The notes beneath the pieces are model-generated. The model made no database searches and was not told the DNA's origin. It saw only the letters and a program-made list of their open reading frames with translations. Both the position numbers and the translations under genes were made by a program. DNA of 64,000 nt. Origin: Octopus sinensis (lineage: Eukaryota). Shown here one piece after another: positions 37,250-52,094 of the stretch (positions within the stretch are counted from its first letter, which is position 1; each line of letters begins with the position of its first letter). The stretch is from assembly GCF_006345805.1 (NCBI RefSeq), contig NC_042998.1:126976001-127040000 (forward strand). Direction: 5' to 3'.

Positions 37250-37900
37250 AGATAATAAATTCTTGACAGTAATAAGAAGGTATTTTACAATAATAAACTT
37301 TCTAATATCCATAACGTCAAGATCAGCTTATCATACTTAAATAATATCGCTTTCAACATTGCACGCCAAAATGGAAAGAAACATGCAATCACACAGTTTT
37401 CGTTCCATATACCAAACCTATATTTTCTAAAATCCTACTAATTGCCTATTTAGAGGAACTTGTTTGTCAAAACCTTTGGATTAAAGAGTTTCACGCCATC
37501 GGCGGCATTGCGAGATACTACACGCGCCTAGTAACAAAGGATTTCAAGCGAAGATTTGCGGAATTCATGCATTTCTTGGAGTGCATGTTTCACTTCCTCG
37601 TCACGCTTTATCTCGGGACACCGGAGCCAAGAAACCAACTTCCTCAATATCATTTGAAACATCCTCGAGACAGCCTTTCCCTACTTGCAGTCCATAATTG
37701 ACAACTCTGCTTCTATAAGAAACTGTACATGCACCCAACAGCTTGCACTATCCGTCAATAGGAAAGCATAACTATCTCCTTGTTGTCATTAGTCACTGAT
37801 AAATCGGAACAGCACCTTAGACCTCCCTTTTCATACGAACAACTGCTAGGTAGACAATCTTTGCTACTCATAGTGGGATCACTGTCTTATCAGTGTACTA
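37250..37900 (-). mobile_element. Possible very old Gypsy RT/RNase H remnant
   Basis: Weak motifs GAVPIYQ*LM, EEVGFL, IKRDEEVKHALQEM and IWNENCVIA...KYDKLILT resemble Gypsy pol. Confidence 0.35.
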
Positions 37901-39027
37901 CAACTGTGGCTACCTCATATCCGGTTATATTTACTTCACACATTCTTGATAATAAACATCCTTCCTATATTAGATAATGAATTTTAATTAGAAATTTATG
38001 AATAAGTTATTGGTCTTCAGAAACCATTCTGTTCAAACTGCAAATGAGTACTTTTCTACACACATTTTGTGCCAGGGACCCGATCGGAGATTTAAATTTT
38101 ACTATATATGTTTTATGTAGTAACATTACTTACTTTAAGAGTGTTACACTATGTCATGTAGAGTTCCTGTGTGAGAAATATATTCCTCGGATGAAAACCT
38201 GTTGGAATTTATTACGCTTCTAATAATCGAATGATTACAAATTCGTTGGCGTTGTTGTTTTTGACTGTGGTCACATTTATTCGAGCAGACCTGTGTCACA
38301 TACATGACTATCAGTCATATATTAAAATCTAGTGTTTTAAGATGGCAATATGTGGTTTTGTAAGAGATCTGCATGAAAATCTTTTAAATTGTGAGGACCC
38401 GAGATTTCAATTTTGTCCTGACTTATTTAGCTCCGTGCTATCAACTCATACAGAATTACGCGGAATTTTCACATAGACTATATATATATCGCAAGGAAAA
38501 TAGCCACAGTTCTGCATACACACTAAGTGATAATCTCTTTGCTAATATACTTAATCTATCTAATAATAAATTATAATTAATTACAATTTCACCCAAGGCA
38601 TTATTAACTTAATCATCAATTCCAGTTAAGAGTGATACGCGAGAGAACATTTCAATGAACTTAGAGATAATTAATTAAACTAAAAATTAATTGAATGAAA
38701 AGTAATAGAACGCAAGCGTTGTAGAGAGTGGTGAGTTTTTATCTTTAATAAATAATCTATTAGTGTAGATTTGGCAATTCGTGTACAAGTAACATTACAT
38801 CAGAAAAAAAAAATAATATAAGTGGATTAATTAACTCAGAAACTGTTATTCAGAGATATATGCGGTACACTTGTACTCATTGTCTCTGACTTTCTGACCC
38901 AATACATTAGAGTAAAATAAAATTCACCCGAACATATTTAAGAAACAAATCCAATATAAATAGTAACAAACTAGCAAGCAAGGAAATCAATCTCGTGAGA
39001 GATTTTATCTGTCTACAAATTTAAGTG

Positions 39028-39062
<35 letters not shown>

Positions 39063-39733
39063 TTTCAGCTCAGAGCTGCGGCCATGCTGATACACACACA
39101 TTAGAATAACGTATTTTCTCTTGCTTACTCCTAATTTTATTTTTATATATTACACATCGAAATCTATTAGTAATATGCAATATTATTGATTTTATGTTCG
39201 ATTAAAATTATCGGAAAAGCTTTCTATAATGAGTTCAGAGTTTTCGACTAATTTTGATTTCAATTTTCAAGCTATTTGAGGGATATTACATAATTTATTA
39301 TTATTATTATCATTATTTTCATATACATCCAACAGATTAGACTGTTGAAATTGAAAAGAATCCTAACATCGGGCTACAAGTGGATTTAGATGTCAAATAC
39401 CCTCCTATTGGGTTACAGCAAGTAAACTTAGATACCAAGAACTCTCCTAAGTATCCTAGTTGTCTCTAGTAACACTGTTTTCTGGAGCTGTACTAAACTG
39501 CGTTTTATGCCTATATCCTCTATCCATCTTTAGGGATTGTTTCCAATACACCTATAAAGGGATACATTTTATCCGCGCTTTCGATAGTCTCCGTAATTCA
39601 ATAGCTAGGTCCTAGAACTTTACTATTATAAAGTCAATTATCTGGCACTTTCTATTCTCTTTATCTACTACTAGTAAATCAGGCCTGGGTTTGTCTCGGC
39701 AAGTGACTGTAAGAAACATGCAGATTAAAAGTA

Positions 39734-39794
<61 letters not shown>

Positions 39795-39808
<14 letters not shown>

Positions 39809-39946
39809 CATCACCATGTCGCGCATATATGGTTGTGATGCATGTGCCTGGTGTACCTTTATCAGACGGGTAGTCATGATGGGTATATTGGGCTTCGTAT
39901 ATTTTACCCCAGTGTCACTTTGATGGCATGAACTGCTCTCTCACTC

Positions 39947-39948
<2 letters not shown>
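39795..39948. repeat. Short non-coding repeat bracketed by long (AAT)n tracts (39735-40085)
   Basis: ~150-bp unique-looking segment between (AAT)n/(GAT)n arrays. Confidence 0.45.
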
Positions 39949-39999
<51 letters not shown>

Positions 40000-40043
40000 T
40001 GATGATGATGACGACGACGACGACGACGATGATGATGATGATG

Positions 40044-40085
<42 letters not shown>

Positions 40086-40086
<1 letters not shown>

Positions 40087-42052
40087 GCTGGATTAGGAAA
40101 TGCCTGGAAATGTATAAGATAGCACCTACTCCGCGAAACTTCTTGACTGTAAGTATGAGATCATGGAGAACCACACTAACTCTGAACAGTGACAATGAAT
40201 CCCTAAATGCTGGTGATGTAAAAATTTCGTGTGGCATTTTCCAGGGTGACTCACTGTCACCACTCCTCTTTTGTTTATCCTTAATACCTCTCTCAAAGCT
40301 GCTCAATGACGCGCAGTACGGGTATAAAATGTTTGATAAAAATATAAATCATCTCATTTACATGGATGATTTAAAGCTTTTTGCATAAAATGACCAACAA
40401 CTCAAGGGCTTACTAGCGATAGTCAAACAATTCAGTGACGACATCAGAATGCAATTCGGCCTCGATAAATGTGCAAAAGCTACCTTTATCAAAGGAAAAA
40501 TGACAGAAACATCTAACGTTAACCTTGACCAGCAGAATGTCATAAAAGAACTAGACCCAGCGGAGAGCTACAAGTACCTTGGGGTAATTGAATGGAATGG
40601 AATAAGGCATTCAGAGATGAAGGAAAGGATCAGGAGAGAATGCTATCGAAGAGTGAGAACAATACTCAAGACAGAGCTGAATGCAAGAAACAGGATCGAA
40701 GCGATCAATGCATTAGCCATACCAGTCGTGACTTACAGTTTCAATATTGTTAACTGGTCAATTACTGAAATATGTCAGCTCGACAGAAAAATAAGGAGAC
40801 TGTTGACAATGCATAGAATGCACCACCCTAAGGCAGATACAGAACGGTTCTATCTGCCAAGAAAAGAGGGAGGCCGTGGTATTTTGCAACTGGCGATAAC
40901 AATGAAGATTGCTACAATTGGCCTAGACACCTACCTGAAAAACTCTGAGGACTGGATGTTAAAACTTGTCTTAAAGCATGAAAACAAGAAAGCATCATAC
41001 TCAGTCACAAAACAGGCAAAGGAATATCTAAGTGAATTCCGAATACAACCAATTTCGGAATTAGAGACAGACATACAAGAAACAAGCACAGAAAAAGCTA
41101 GGCGCATGAAAACCCGTGCCAAAACTGTGGCCTTAGATATTCTGAATAATATATGGCAAGAAAAACCTCTCTATGGCAAATACCCAAAGAGAGCGAATAA
41201 TGCAGATATCGACAAAGCCCTGACCCATCAATGGCTAATGGCCTCTGGCTTAAAATCTGAAACAGAGGGGTTTATCATAGCAGCTCAAGATCAATGCCTA
41301 CCAACAAGAAACTACCAGGCCAACATATTAAAGAACGGCAGTAGCCCACCATGTCGTGAATGCCGACAACAAAATGAAGCCATTGATCATGTGCCATTGA
41401 TAATTTGCAAAAACCTGGATTTGCCCCATGAAAAAAACTGGTGGGAACACAATCCACCTCCAGTGCTTGAAAATGACCACATCTCACTCCTCTGGAACTT
41501 CACCATTCAAACTGACAGGAAGATAGATGCAAATAGGCCAGACATCATATTGAAAGACTTCAGACTAAGAACATGCCTCCTCATTGATATGACTGTCCCA
41601 ATCGATATAAACGTATCTGTCAAGACCTACCAAAAACTGAGCAAATATAAAGATCTTGAAATAGAAATCAGCAAAATGTGGAAGCTGAAGACTAAAACAA
41701 TACCTGTTGTCATAGGTGTCCTGGGAATGATAGCGAAAGGGACTGATTGCTACCTAACTCAGATACCAGGAAACCCCAAAATGGCTGAAATTCAAAAGAT
41801 AGTGCTCATGGGAACTGCTCATATCCTACGCAAAATACTCTCTATGTAATCCCAAGGTTTAAAACAAACTTTTTTTTATTTTTATTTTTACTTTTAATTT
41901 TTTTTTTAGACATTCACTAGTACAACACCAAAAAAACCCCAAAATAACCCCCCCAAATATATGGCACAGAACTTCCAACCTGTTGTCTCTTGAGGTCTCT
42001 GGGTGAGACTTGGAGCCAACTTGTACAGACATAAAGCAAAAGTCAAACATAG
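40086..42052 (+). mobile_element. R4/Dong-clade RLE non-LTR retrotransposon, 5'-truncated (copy 1)
   Basis: RT: GIFQGDSLSPLLFCL and INHLIYMDDLKLFA. RLE: TDRKIDANRPDII...LIDMTVP...KLSKYKDL...PVVIGVLG. One in-frame stop at 40386 and a small deletion in the CCHC region. Flanked by (AAT)n on both sides. Confidence 0.92.
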
Positions 42053-42128
<76 letters not shown>

Positions 42129-42147
42129 TAATAATAATAATAATAAT

Positions 42148-43432
42148 ACGCAAGCTGCTGAGTTGTAATAGGATGCACCACCCAAAGGCAGACGTAGATC
42201 GCCTTTACCTTCCCAGAGCCCAAGGAGGTCGAGGCCTGATCCAATTTGAACTAGCTTACAAAACAACCACAATTGGACTGGCCAAATATCTCGAAATATC
42301 GAATGACTGGATGCTAAAGCTCGTGGAAAATCACGAGAGACGAAAAAAGCTTCATTCTATTATAAAGGAAAGCAAAAAATTTGCTATTGATCTCGTGCAG
42401 GATACCCAAACAGAACAACCCGAGGGAAGTACGGCAATTATTGTTGCAAAGAAGGTGAAAATAATGGCAACGAAAAAAGCGCACGAGCAATTGGCTGATA
42501 GGTGGGAGGAGAAACCTCTGCACGGCAAATATGTGACCCGCAGCAAACAAGCTGATGTTGACCAGAAGCAAACCCATCAGTGGCTACGGAGCTCAGGGCT
42601 AAAAGCAGAGAGCGAAGGTTTCATCCTGGCTGCTCAAGATCAAAGCCTATTAACCCGGAACTACCAGGCCAATGTGATGAAAAATGGAGCAGACCCAAAA
42701 TGCCGATTCTGCAACGACATGATTGAAACAGTGGACCACCTAATCTCTGGATGTAAAGTCTTAGCTCCAGTGGAGTATAAATTAAGACATGACAGAGTTG
42801 GCCAATATCTACACTGGCTAATAAGTCGGCATTACAATATCAAAACTGCCGACAAGTGGTATAATCACCACCTTGAGGCTGTAACTGAAGGAGAAAATGT
42901 AACCATTCTGTGGGACTTTCCAGTACATACAGACCGAACCATCAAGGCCAATAAACCAGATATTGTTGTGAAAGACCAAAACAATAAAGTTTGCTTATTG
43001 ATCGACATGAGCATCCCCTGTGATCATAATATCTCAGCGAAAGAGTTTGACAAGCTCAGAAAATATAAAGACCTACTCATTGAAATTGAGAAAATGTGGT
43101 ATCTCAAGGCGGTTACAATACCAGTGATCGTAGGAGCACTAGGAATGATCAAGAAGGGAACCGAAAATTATATGAGAATGATCCCTGGCTTACCATCCCT
43201 GCAAGAAGTGCAAAAGATTGTCTTAACTGGTACATCACACGTATTGAGAAGAGCATTGTCGATGTGAGAACTGTTGCTGCTCATGTATTTTAATTTAACT
43301 TAAAAAAAAAAAAAATGAACGAACTATTGAGTTTGGTTTAATGGCCTACCAATGTATACTATGAGTTTCTTTGCCCTAGGAGTCGGGAAGACGCTCGGCA
43401 AGAAATGGAAGCAAATTTGAAAGAAGAAAAAA
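42148..43432 (+). mobile_element. R4/Dong-clade element, more 5'-truncated, different subfamily (copy 2)
   Basis: Open 380-aa ORF with CRFCNDMIETVDHLISGC (CCHC), KANKPDIVVKD...LLIDMSIP and KYKDL. Starts in (AAT)n and ends before (AAT)n. Confidence 0.92.
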
Positions 43433-43455
43433 AAAGTAATAATAATAATAATAAT

Positions 43456-43665
43456 GATGAATAGGCGGCTGGAGGTTGATCGATGGAAATTGAACCAAGA
43501 AACGAAAAATGTCAATGAAATTTTGAAATACATCAGAACAAACAACATCACAGAAACAAATAATTTGATCAAGGCAGCAAGTATTGTTGTAGCAGAAAAC
43601 GTGGGTGCTGGTGTCAAGAAAAAGAAACATAATGGGAGTGACAAAAGAAAGGTTCCATGGTAGAA
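43456..43665 (+). mobile_element. Fragment of an R4/Dong ORF N-terminal region (copy 3)
   Basis: KLNQETKNVNEILKYIRTNNITETNNLIKAASIVVAENVG...KVPW, the TNNITExNxLI...PWW region upstream of RT in Dong-like ORFs. Follows (AAT)n. Confidence 0.65.
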
Positions 43666-43873
43666 AAGAAGATTCCAGACAGGGTTAGACACGCTCCTGA
43701 AGGAAATCCCTGTGTTAGACCGAAAAGAGAAAGGGGAGCGGTGTGCTTACGTCACCGTAACTTAGCGGTTCGGCAAAAGAGAGTAAAAGAGAGATATACA
43801 TATATACACATATTTATACATATATATACATATACATATATATACATATACATATATATATATATATATATAA

Positions 43874-44012
43874 GGTCGACTTTGCCTTTCATTCTTTCAG
43901 AGTCGATTAAATAATTACCAGTTAAGCATTGGGGTCGATGTAATCAACTTAATCCCTTTGTCTGCCCTTGTTTGTCCCCTCTATGTTTAGCCCCTGTGGG
44001 CAATAAAGAAGT
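43874..44012 (+). mobile_element. SINE family B, 3' part
   Basis: AGGTCGACTTTGCCTTTCATTCTTTCAGAGTCGAT...TTTAGCCCCTGTGGGCAATAAAGAA. Confidence 0.75.
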
Positions 44013-44132
44013 AATTATGATCGTGCGCCTACATCGTAACTACAAGGTCAACCAGAAACCACAACTCATGTTAATATGTACGTGTGTATGTATGTAGGTA
44101 TATATGAATATAAACACACACACACACACACA

Positions 44133-44176
<44 letters not shown>

Positions 44177-44624
44177 TTATACACACATACATATATATAT
44201 ATATGTGTGTGTTCTAGTAATCCGTTTACTAATTTACCAATTGATAAATCGCCGAAATAAAATCGAAGAATACTCTTATGTAAGATTCAATTTGTACAAA
44301 ACGATTTTTATTACGTTTCGAAATTTGGCAAAGATTGAATATTGGAATTTGTAGAAATAAAAATCAAAACACAGAAATAAATTGAAAAATGTGAGTACAA
44401 TGAAACAAGTACACTCTTCCCGCCCCCATCAGCAATTTATTCGGAATAGAAGTAATTTAATTACAAATGCCTTTTATGACTTCAGCTTCCTCAATGTAAA
44501 ATGATGTAGCATAGACACATATGTGTATGTATGTATGTATGTATGTATGTATGTATGTATGTATGTATGTATGTATGTATGTATGTATGTATGTATGTAT
44601 GTATGTATGTATGTATGTATGTAT

Positions 44625-45030
44625 GCATATATGTATTTCATTGTTCATTTTTTTTTATTTCTTACCAATAGAGAAAGATCCGGTTTCTAACCTAGATCCA
44701 AGGCTCCTTCATTGGAATTTCAGCAACAGGGTATTCTTGCTTGTATGTATGTATGTATGTATGTATGTATGTATGTATGTATGTATGTATGTATGTATGT
44801 ATGTATGTATGTATATATGTATGTGTACAGGTTTGTATGTTTTGTTTTATGTATGTATTCTCATGCACATAGTTGCATATCTAGACATGCTCATATATAT
44901 ATATAAATGATAAACATCTGGAAAATTTTACAGATTTGTACAGTTCCTGTGAGGAATTAGATCTGTAGTCTTCGAATTAGCTTTCTCTTTTCTGGTTTTG
45001 AGAAGCCCAATTTCTCAAGATTGGCTTTTA
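44625..45030 (-). mobile_element. 3' end of the (CATA)n-associated RLE family, embedded in (TATG)n
   Basis: Minus strand GAGAAATTGGGCTTCTCAAAACCAGAAAAGAGAAAGCTAATTCGAAGACTACAGAT... matches 46757-47130. Confidence 0.75.
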
Positions 45031-45479
45031 GGCAATATGTATTAATGCATGTATATATGTATGTGTGTATTTGTATGTATGTATGTATGCATGTATGTAT
45101 GTTTGTATGTGTATATGAGTGCGTGTGTTCGCGTTTGTGTGTGTATTTGTTTCAGACTTGGTGTTCGTCACTAAAAGCATTTCTTTACTTTGCGTGCATT
45201 AAGAAGTATGTCGTAGCAGTATTTCTGAAAATAATGCACACTCTGTCATGAACATATATCGATGCTTGCATCAGCATTTCATGAATTGTCGCTTGATATT
45301 ATACTAATAACGGTTTAAAACACCCGAGAGAACCAACATGAAATCAACATCAACCACTATTTATAATAAATGTTAATCTGAAATCAGTATTAAGTCATTT
45401 CATTTCTATTTGCTACAGCACTATGCTCAATTTTCTTTCTGTTTGAAGGACATTTGTATTAACTTCCAGCAACCACTTT

Positions 45480-46080
45480 CTCAACACTTTCGTCCCCTCT
45501 CTCTTTTCATTCTTTTCTTCTCGCTCCAGATTACCCCCCTCCCGACACCGTATCTCTTCGATAATATTTTTCCCATGATTCTAATCTTACTGCCTTGTCT
45601 GCTCCGTCCTTATTGATTTCTGACTTGCTGCGGGTCACTTTACTCTCATTCTCCTTTATCTTTGTTTGTACAAAGGCTAAAGTTGAAATACCCACTCGCT
45701 TTCTCTTAGCGTTGTACTTCGCACAATCGCCACTGTTTTTGTGAAAATCTTTGTCTCTCGTCGAAAGACGTTACTGTTTAATATCCTTCCTAACTTCACC
45801 ATGTATTTTGTTCGTCTTAAATTTCTGAGCTAATTTTTCACTCATGTAGTGTAATGGATGTCCTCCCACCTTGACACTAATATATGGGCGCGCTGAGTAA
45901 AGCGCTGTTCTGTTGACTAACGCAACAAAATCGCTTTGAACCACAGTTAACACTTGATATAAAAATATAGTGACCCTCTTTGTATCTTGACCTGAACGTC
46001 TTGCTCGAGGCTCATGCTCAAATATTCTTATTCATATGTATAGGAGAAACAGCTGCATGTTGCTCATGAAAGCGAATGTA
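45480..46080 (-). mobile_element. Degenerate RTE LINE 3' region
   Basis: Remnants such as KISSEI...IHGEVRK and FSQKQWRL, with a layout like the RTE C-terminus. Many stops. Confidence 0.45.
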
Positions 46081-46224
46081 ACTGCTGTCAGTACTTAATC
46101 CAACGAGAGAAAAGTATCATTTAATGAATGGAGACGTTATACGTGAGCTATTTCAAGTTCCTTGAATGTATAGGCTTGTATGACGTACCGTACACGATAC
46201 AGAAAATGTGCAAGCTCAGGTGAC

Positions 46225-46269
<45 letters not shown>

Positions 46270-46424
46270 TTATCTATCTATCTCTCTATCTATCTACATA
46301 TGTACGTACGTACATACGTAAGTACATAGATTCATAATACATTCATACATAATACATACATACATACATACATACATACATACATACATACATACATACA
46401 TACATACATACATACATACATACA

Positions 46425-47135
46425 TTAGACCAAAGAAATAAGAGCCCACAGCATGGTTCAAGCCAAACCACTCATAATAATAAGCAGTACTGGTAGAATG
46501 TCCCAGTGAAAACCTCAGTAGCATGTTAACATAATAGACCTGAGAGTGATTTGGGATAGAGAAGAGAAGCTGTGTACAGTTGTGGAAATTAGCTGCTCAG
46601 CGAATGTTAACATAGAGCTAAAGGTCAGCGAAAAAGAAAATGCTTACGCTGAACTATTGAGAAATCTATAGTTACTCAATCCAGATTACAAGTTCAGGTT
46701 TTGTACCTGCAATTATTGGGGCACTGGGATATGTAACACATTGCCTAAATGATTTTGAGAAATTAGGCTTCCCTAAACTTGAAAAAAGAAAGCTGATTCG
46801 AAGACTACGCATCCAATCCCTCACTAGAACTGTAAAAATCTATAAAACTTCCCAAAAGTTTATTATTTAAGTATATATGAACACGTCTAGACAGGCAACT
46901 ATATGCATAAAAATGCATACATAAATCAAAACATACAAATCTGCACATTAACATACATACATTCTCTATTGGCAAGAAACCTTCAAATAAAGATGAACTA
47001 TGGCATACAAAAGTACTTTGTTGATGCTGAAATTTCAATGAGGTAGAATTGGATATATGTTAGAAACAGGCTTTTTTTTTCTATTGGTAAGAAATCTTGA
47101 AATAAAACTGAATAATGACATGCATACATTTCCTC
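46425..47135 (+). mobile_element. RLE non-LTR element 3' end next to (CATA)n
   Basis: YW*NVPVKTSVAC.HNRP..VIWDREEKLCTVVEISCSANVNIELKVSEKENAYAELLRNL*LLNPDYKF...AIIGALGYV (PD-(D/E)xK-type RLE). Begins after (TACA)n and ends at GACATGCATACAT. Confidence 0.78.
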
Positions 47136-47689
47136 GTGGAGTAGCATTTTTATTTATGCCCGGCTCAGATCACGCTGTTGTCGATGGTGTTGCGGCTACA
47201 GTCGCTGCTAATATTGGGGGTGGGGTTGGTAGTTTCGCTGGTGCTGCTGGTGTTGGTGTGGTCGTCATCACCGGCGGCCAAAGTGTGGCTGAAAGAGTCG
47301 CATATGAGGCTCGGGTGGTAATAGAAGCAATGGCTCATACAACAACATCGACGGCAACGCCGGTGGCGGCAGCAGCGGCAGAAACAACAGTACTGACGGC
47401 GACGAACGCTGCAGCAACACCAGCGTTACGGCCAGAGATGACGACCACGCTAACACCAGTAGCACCAGCGAAACTACCAGTCCTGCACCCAATTTTAGCA
47501 GCGACGGCAGTCACAACACAGTCTGCAGCAGCATCAGTAACGCCAGCGCTAAGGCCTGAGATGACTACTGCAATAACGACTTCAGTGATATCGCCAGACC
47601 CACACCCGGTAATAAAAGCACCGATAAAAGTTCCAGTAACAGCACCGAAAACAACAATTTCTAGCCCGGAACCAACAGAAAATACACCA

Positions 47690-48135
47690 GAGGTGTGACC
47701 ACAACAAGCACTCAAGTTCGGAAATATATCGAGTCGGTCGGAATTACCTTTAAGCGACGTTTATACAACCACAGGTTCTTTTTCACGATTCCGGAAAGAC
47801 GGTACGCCACATCCATGGCCAGCAATGTATAGCACCTTAAAGATAAAGGAACCCCATACAAAAATAAATGGCGGCTCACAGAGCAGCCTGAGTCCTATAT
47901 AAACGGGAGAGGATGAAGCAAGCTTTGCATAGCAGAGCGAACAAAGATCCATAGTAACTCCCTGGACCCCAAACCTCTCTTAAATTCTAGACGTGAGATC
48001 TATAGCAGGCATGGGATAGCCCATTCGTCGACTAGAGTCGGAAAAAGTCCTTGCAGACTCGAAACAGTCTAAGGGTAGAGATTCCCTGTTCGCCCCTTAA
48101 GGCCATAAGTCTTGCGAACTGAATTGGTCTAAGGG
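47690..48135 (+). mobile_element. PLE GIY-YIG region and 3' terminus, preceded by a low-complexity linker from ~47140
   Basis: VTTTSTQVRKYIESVGITFKRRLYNHR...RYATSMA...HLKDKGTPYKNKWRL...KLCIAER...LLNSRREIYS. Degenerate hammerhead-like GAGTC...GACTC-GAAAC-AGTC at 48035-48069. Confidence 0.75.
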
Positions 48136-49693
48136 GGAGATAACTCGTCCTGGCTAAACCTCAAACAAGATTTTATTCGTTTATGAATTTGTGATGCAAG
48201 ATTCATGATGTGGAACCATGTTTTGAAACAGATATTGTTATATTTCGGGATCGTGTTTTTTTCCCCCAAATTAACACATGCACCATATCTTCGTTCTCCA
48301 CTCGCTTATTACGGTTCTAGAATGGACTAAGCGGAACAGAAGGAAACCCGTAGATGGAATGGGTCGCTGAAAAGGTCACAGATACGTGACGAAAGATTTC
48401 CAGACAATGGACATAAGATAAGACCAGTAATAAACGAGTGAAGAACGGATATATAGTGTGGGTGTTTATTTGGCGAAAAAAAAATGACCATCCTGAAATA
48501 TAACGATAATTTATTCTTTGCTTACATATTAACTGACCGTAACAGATTCCTACCGCCGATTTGACGCGGAGTTATATGCCCTCCGCCATTAGATTCTGAT
48601 GAATCCTCCATAAAGCTAAGCGCTTTTTGGATGCGGAAACATTGGTCACTCTATGACTGGATATACACTTAACTGCATGTAAATACATTACTGCTCTGTT
48701 CTTTAGAGTGTGCATCTTTTTCGGATATATGATCCATTGGCAATATGTGTGTGTGTGTGTGTGTGTGTATTCATATGCATACACACAGAATTGCTAACAA
48801 TAGGACTATTATACCCCATTACGCACAACTCTAAAATATATTCGTTTTGCAATACACATGTTATACGTATGTAGGTGACATGAAACAGGTGTATAAGCTT
48901 GGTAATCATAGACTGCTTGATTAATGATATAATGATTAATGATATAACAAAACAAAAACAAGAATGATTAACTGAACAAATTAATCTTTTACATAAGTCT
49001 CAGTAGTACATCTTCGTATCATCGAAGGAAAGAATAGGTAAATTATGTATACTTTTTTTTCTTATACGTTTATGCATACGTCTAAATACAAACATGGTTA
49101 AAACAAATTGTATAACATTTTAAAATTTTGTAATGGGAAATTATAACATTGAAAATACATCAGGAGCAACACTATTTATTATTATCTCCCAAACACATAA
49201 ACACGCACACACACACACAAACAGTTATTCAAAATTTGAAAAGTATCAATAAAGTGCATCGCATAAACAAAGAATATGATTTTGTTGAACTTTCAAGCAA
49301 TCTCCTGAAATATGATTTAAGAGATAAAATGTTTAACAACTACAAATTAATTTACAATTCGCTAGAGATTTTGTAAAATTAATTTAATATTTATAAACGG
49401 ATATATTAGCATGAAGCGATTAGCATTTTTACGATAATAAATGTTTCAATGAACATCATTATCATTAAGCTACATTTTAATTTTTAAAATGAACACCGGT
49501 TTTTAAAGAAATTACAATTACTCGCTGTAATATAACGTAATTCTAAAACAAGATTTTGTGATTCGCTTTCCTGCAATCTCGATTAACTGAAATCTTTTAT
49601 TTATTACTAAATAACATCATTGGTATCGTTTTCTACATTGAGTCATTCTTTATCTTTACTCATCACTATCGTCATACACACACACACACACAG

Positions 49694-49764
<71 letters not shown>

Positions 49765-50218
49765 TATATATTATATATATATATATATATACAAGCTTAC
49801 TACCGATTAACATACGTACATATATATACCTCCATATATATATGTAGAGTGTTGAAAATGGAGTTGATATATATGGAAAAAAAGTCAAGACAGAAAATGT
49901 TAAAATAATTTTACAAAAAATTTTGGACAGGCAGAAACAAATAACATGCCACTTGTATTTGAAAACTATGCAAATATTCTTTTAAAAAAACTTATCTTTT
50001 AATTTTTCCAAAATTTTATTTTTTTTCCATACTTACAGTCGAAAAAGTCTCAATGACTGAAACCGGTACTGAAATGCTTTTATAAAATAATTTTAGCATT
50101 TTCTATCTTGACTATTTTTCCATATGTATATCAACTCGTGTGTTCCTTTGCAACCTTCTACACACATATATATATATATGGAGGTATATGTACATATGTT
50201 AATCGGTAGGTAGGCTTG

Positions 50219-50250
<32 letters not shown>

Positions 50251-50289
50251 AATATATATAATATATATATATATAATATATATATGTAT

Positions 50290-50640
50290 GTGTGTGTGTG
50301 TGTGTGTAACCTGAGTTACCTGCTCCTAGAAGGATGCCCTAACAAAGGCTAGGAGTCCTTCCCTCCCAATGGTTTAACCGCGCCATCGGGTATTCAGTCC
50401 GATTATTTCTATGTCCCCGCGCATGATACAGCCTTAAGACATTTATTGGATGGCCGTTGACTCTCAAGAGGTCCTCCGCCCTTTGACAGGTTTTGTTTTT
50501 CATCCCGCAGGGTGTCTAATATACACCCTCCTCACCAAGCAAGCTTGGTGGGGTTGCCGGTTTAGTCGCCGACGACCCGACCATGCAACAGGTTGTACTG
50601 GGTTACATGTTACCAGTAGCACTCGAAAGTGACCTGACAT
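50290..50640 (-). mobile_element. GC-richer dispersed repeat, possibly an RTE-type 5' UTR
   Basis: Composition shift and motifs such as GGCGACTAAACCGGCAACCCC and CCTTCTAGGAGCAGGTAACTC. Family assignment is tentative. Confidence 0.35.
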
Positions 50641-50699
50641 ATATATGTACATATATATACACATATGTATACACACAAATATCTATATATATACATATA

Positions 50700-50870
50700 G
50701 GTCTGCCTTTGTGTCTGTGTTTGTCTTTTTCACCATCGCTTCACAGCCGATGCTGGTGTGTCTATGTTCCCGAAACTTAGCGAGTCGGCAAAAGAGACCG
50801 ATAGAATAAGTACTAGACTTACAAATAATAGCCAGAGTCAAATGAATGAAACGTAAAAGAGTAAAACAGT
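50700..50870 (+). mobile_element. SINE family A, 3' half
   Basis: CACCATCGCTTCACAGCCGATGCTGGTGTG...CGGCAAAAGAGACCGATAGAATAAGTACTAG. Confidence 0.75.
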
Positions 50871-50991
50871 ATATGCCGGGGTGTCTTTATATTTCTATCT
50901 ATCTATCTATGTATATATATATATATCTATATATATATATATATCTATATATATATATATCTATATATATATATATCTATATATATATATA

Positions 50992-51024
<33 letters not shown>

Positions 51025-51144
51025 ATATATATATATATATACATAATATGAGAGAGCGACCACTATGTGGTCTACTCTAATGCTAAAAATAGATCCACTA
51101 TGGTATAGCCACTAAAAAATTGTTTCCAAGGAGAAATAACATAA

Positions 51145-51660
<516 letters not shown>

Positions 51661-52043
51661 TTTTACTATCCTATATCTCTCTCCACCCCTACACATTCAA
51701 TAATACTATAAAAAGAGACGAATCGCCTCAAAAAATTCAAATCTGAAGTATCCACTAGAGTGGATGTAAGCGCTATTATATGAGTTATAAAAACATGTGA
51801 CATATTAATGAAAATCAGTAAATATAAAACCATCCAGATTTCTGAATACCTTATTTCTTCTAATATATAATACCTGTACATCACCTCCAAACCTTCTAAC
51901 ATACATCCATACATACATACATACGTACATACATACATACATACATGCATACATAAATATATATATATATATACTTACCACGCAGCCACTCCTGCGCCTA
52001 TATATTATATAATATATATATATATATATATATATCATATTAT

Positions 52044-52094
<51 letters not shown>

